From positions 1 through 54,189 of the forward strand of contig JBATTW010000158.1 of NCBI GenBank assembly GCA_049670805.1: a DNA stretch of 54,189 bases, in the 5' to 3' direction. Origin of the DNA: Bacteroidota bacterium. Lineage in GTDB: Bacteria; Bacteroidota; Ignavibacteria; UBA10030; UBA6906. The stretch's first letter is position 1. Each line of letters starts with the position of its first letter. The position numbers were made by a program, and so were the translations under genes. Below the pieces are notes generated by a model. That model saw only the letters and a program-made list of their open reading frames with translations, made no database searches and had not been told where the DNA came from. Of the stretch, positions 52,745 to 54,189 are shown one piece after another.

Positions 52745-53740
52745 TCATGTCTGCCGGCACGGTCCGGGCCACACCGCCAGTGCAATCTCACGCTTTTCCG
52801 AAGAATCCACCGCTGTATAGAAATGGTAGTGACGGTGTGCATGCTCTATTATATGCGGCTTTGCCGCGTGCAACGCGTCATATGTACCAGCTTGTCCAAT
52901 CGGAAGAACCGGGTTGTCGTCAATCGGGCGCCAGCCGAGCGGAAACTCTTTTTCGGTTGTCCAGGCAATTCCGTCCTGAGAGTGGATCCCATCCCAGCTG
53001 TAGTACGCCATGTACCAGATGTCTTGGTGCTTGTACAGGCTCGGATCCCCGGATCGCCCGGTGGAGTCCCAGGTTTCCGCCCGCCTGCTGCCGACCAGGA
53101 CCGGGGAGTGTGCATCATCGACCGTCCAGTGCTTGAGGTCCGTCGATGTTGCATACCCGATGAATTCCTCCTCAACGCCCCCGTGGACACCCGACGCGTT
53201 GAAGAAAAGGTAGTAGGTGCTGGCCACCTTGAGAACGTGTGGATGCCAGATGGCGTCTCTTCGCCATCCTTCCCCGCCCGGGGTAATGATGGGGTTTCCC
53301 CCGTATCGTTCCCATTCGAGAAGATCCTCTGACACGGCGAGGTTCAGTGTTTTGGCACCCTTCTCGTACCCCTCTTCGGTAACGCCGAAGTAGAATAGAT
53401 GGTAACGCCCCCCCTCCTGCCAGATAAATGGTCCGGCGGTTCCGGTCGGGTCCGGTGATCCGAGCCGATCGCTCGGACCGAAAATCGGATTCGATGGATC
53501 CTTCCGCCAGTTCACGAGATCTTCGCTCCACGCAAGCCCCACCTGCGGCCGACGGACGGAGGCATATCCTCTCTCTGCGCGACCCCCACGTGCGTACCCG
53601 GTGTACACCATGCCAAGCGATTCCCGGTGATGGTCAAACCAGACCACGGGCGACTCCACCATTCCTGCATCCCAGGAACCCGGGGGACCACAATGGAGAA
53701 CAATCCCGCATTTGACCAGCTGTGAACCTGGAACGTGCAC
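52745..53740 (-). CDS. Five-bladed beta-propeller glycosidase-like protein (GH43/GH130-like), cytoplasmic
   Basis: Repeated W-containing blades (SWDAGMVESPVV, VGLAWSEDLVNW, LAVSEDLLEW, GYATSTDLKHW). No signal peptide. GTG start. Family assignment is tentative. Confidence 0.5.
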   Translation of the reverse strand: MHVPGSQLVKCGIVLHCGPPGSWDAGMVESPVVWFDHHRESLGMVYTGYARGGRAERGYASVRRPQVGLAWSEDLVNWRKDPSNPIFGPSDRLGSPDPTGTAGPFIWQEGGRYHLFYFGVTEEGYEKGAKTLNLAVSEDLLEWERYGGNPIITPGGEGWRRDAIWHPHVLKVASTYYLFFNASGVHGGVEEEFIGYATSTDLKHWTVDDAHSPVLVGSRRAETWDSTGRSGDPSLYKHQDIWYMAYYSWDGIHSQDGIAWTTEKEFPLGWRPIDDNPVLPIGQAGTYDALHAAKPHIIEHAHRHYHFYTAVDSSEKREIALAVWPGPCRQT

Positions 53741-53774
53741 GGTTGACTCATGTGTGTTGGGGAAGGGGGGTGAG

Positions 53775-54017
53775 CTACTTCTTCTTTATCAGGTTGACGA
53801 TCCATAGAAAAACCACGGCGCCGACCACGGCCATGACGAGCTGCCCTACCAGCCCTCCGACATCAATGCTGAAGACTTCCACGAGAAACCCGCCCACCAG
53901 AGCGCCGATGACACCGACGACGAGATTACCGACGAGCCCAAAGCCTTTTCCCTTCACGATCTTCCCTGCAAGCCAGCCGGCGACCAGGCCAATGATCAAA
54001 AAGAGAACGATGCTCAT
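53775..54017 (-). CDS. GlsB/YeaQ/YmgE family (transglycosylase-associated) stress membrane protein
   Basis: 80 aa. MSIVLFLIIGLVAGWLAGKIVKGKGFGLVGNLVVGVIGALVGGFL is the hallmark sequence. AGGAGGA lies upstream. Confidence 0.85.
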   Translation of the reverse strand: MSIVLFLIIGLVAGWLAGKIVKGKGFGLVGNLVVGVIGALVGGFLVEVFSIDVGGLVGQLVMAVVGAVVFLWIVNLIKKK

Positions 54018-54048
54018 GGTATCCTCCTGTAAGTGATTACCGTTCAGT

Positions 54049-54189
54049 CTACCCCTTTTCCCCCGCAGAGTCCGGCCCGGGGGGCTTCTGATCGGGCTCG
54101 ACCTTCGTTTCGGGTTTCTGTGGCTCGATTTGCGGTGTCAGCTCGGCAATCCGGCCCTCCAGCTCCTCTATTACCTTCTTCTGCGAACC
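54049..54189 (-). CDS. 3' end of a gene running off the window (46 C-terminal codons, coiled-coil / Pro-Glu-Lys-rich)
   Basis: The open frame from the window edge reads ...QKKVIEELEGRIAELTPQIEPQKPETKVEPDQKPPGPDSAGEKG-stop (TAG at 54049-54051). It is not in the ORF track because no start codon lies inside the window. Confidence 0.3.
   Translation of the reverse strand, partial: GSQKKVIEELEGRIAELTPQIEPQKPETKVEPDQKPPGPDSAGEKG

Noticed and set aside
1-54189. CRISPR arrays, rRNA/tRNA genes, IS elements, integrases and prophage or toxin-antitoxin modules
   Set aside because: I saw no regularly spaced direct repeats and no transposase, integrase or recombinase motifs in any long ORF. No tRNA-like sequences occur in the intergenic regions. 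The only duplicated DNA is the diverged gene remnant at 30687-31075 and the protein-level repeats.

Overview
This is a gene-dense, GC-rich 54.2 kb chromosomal window with about 50 protein-coding genes. I found no rRNA, tRNA, CRISPR array, transposase or integrase. Three secreted proteins end in the same C-terminal sorting domain (L-x-Q-N-[YF]-P-N-P-F-N-P...), the type-A type IX secretion system (T9SS) signal. That places the organism in the Fibrobacteres-Chlorobi-Bacteroidetes (FCB) superphylum, probably an uncultivated lineage.

Contents from left to right:
- an ABC-2 exporter pair
- a peptide-uptake operon (M24 aminopeptidase, POT peptide permease, LolA-like protein)
- an iron/manganese locus: a DtxR-family repressor with operator palindromes, a membrane-anchored DtxR-like/FeoA fusion, and FeoB split in two by an in-frame TAG
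- a cell-wall amidase, YajQ and a saccharopine-dehydrogenase-family protein
- a translationally coupled thyA-folA-mutT-mutY-ogg string preceded by a second ABC-2 pair
- a lipoprotein built from four copies of an unrecognised ~137-aa module
- a Tat-exported glycosylasparaginase and a PQQ-type sugar dehydrogenase (T9SS cargo)
- a long minus-strand run: mutS, DinB, a small HExxH membrane protein, a C39-like peptidase, a GT2 glycosyltransferase, DUF1684 and a PP2C phosphatase
- a three-gene pseudopilin-like cassette without prepilin leaders, plus a decayed partial copy of its last gene
- a YitJ-type homocysteine methyltransferase/MTHFR fusion
- a BNR-repeat protein, an M14 carboxypeptidase (both T9SS cargo) and PepF
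- a CoA-binding protein, a secreted tandem-duplicated His-containing helical protein, a DHOD-like protein and single-chain pyruvate:ferredoxin oxidoreductase
- agmatinase, a DUF2085 operon, gamma-glutamyltransferase, a beta-propeller glycosidase-like protein and a GlsB/YeaQ protein

The best candidates for something undescribed are the leaderless pseudopilin-like trio, the four-module lipoprotein and the membrane-anchored DtxR/FeoA fusion beside the split FeoB.

All calls rest on motif recognition and manual coordinate counting. No database search or computation was run.
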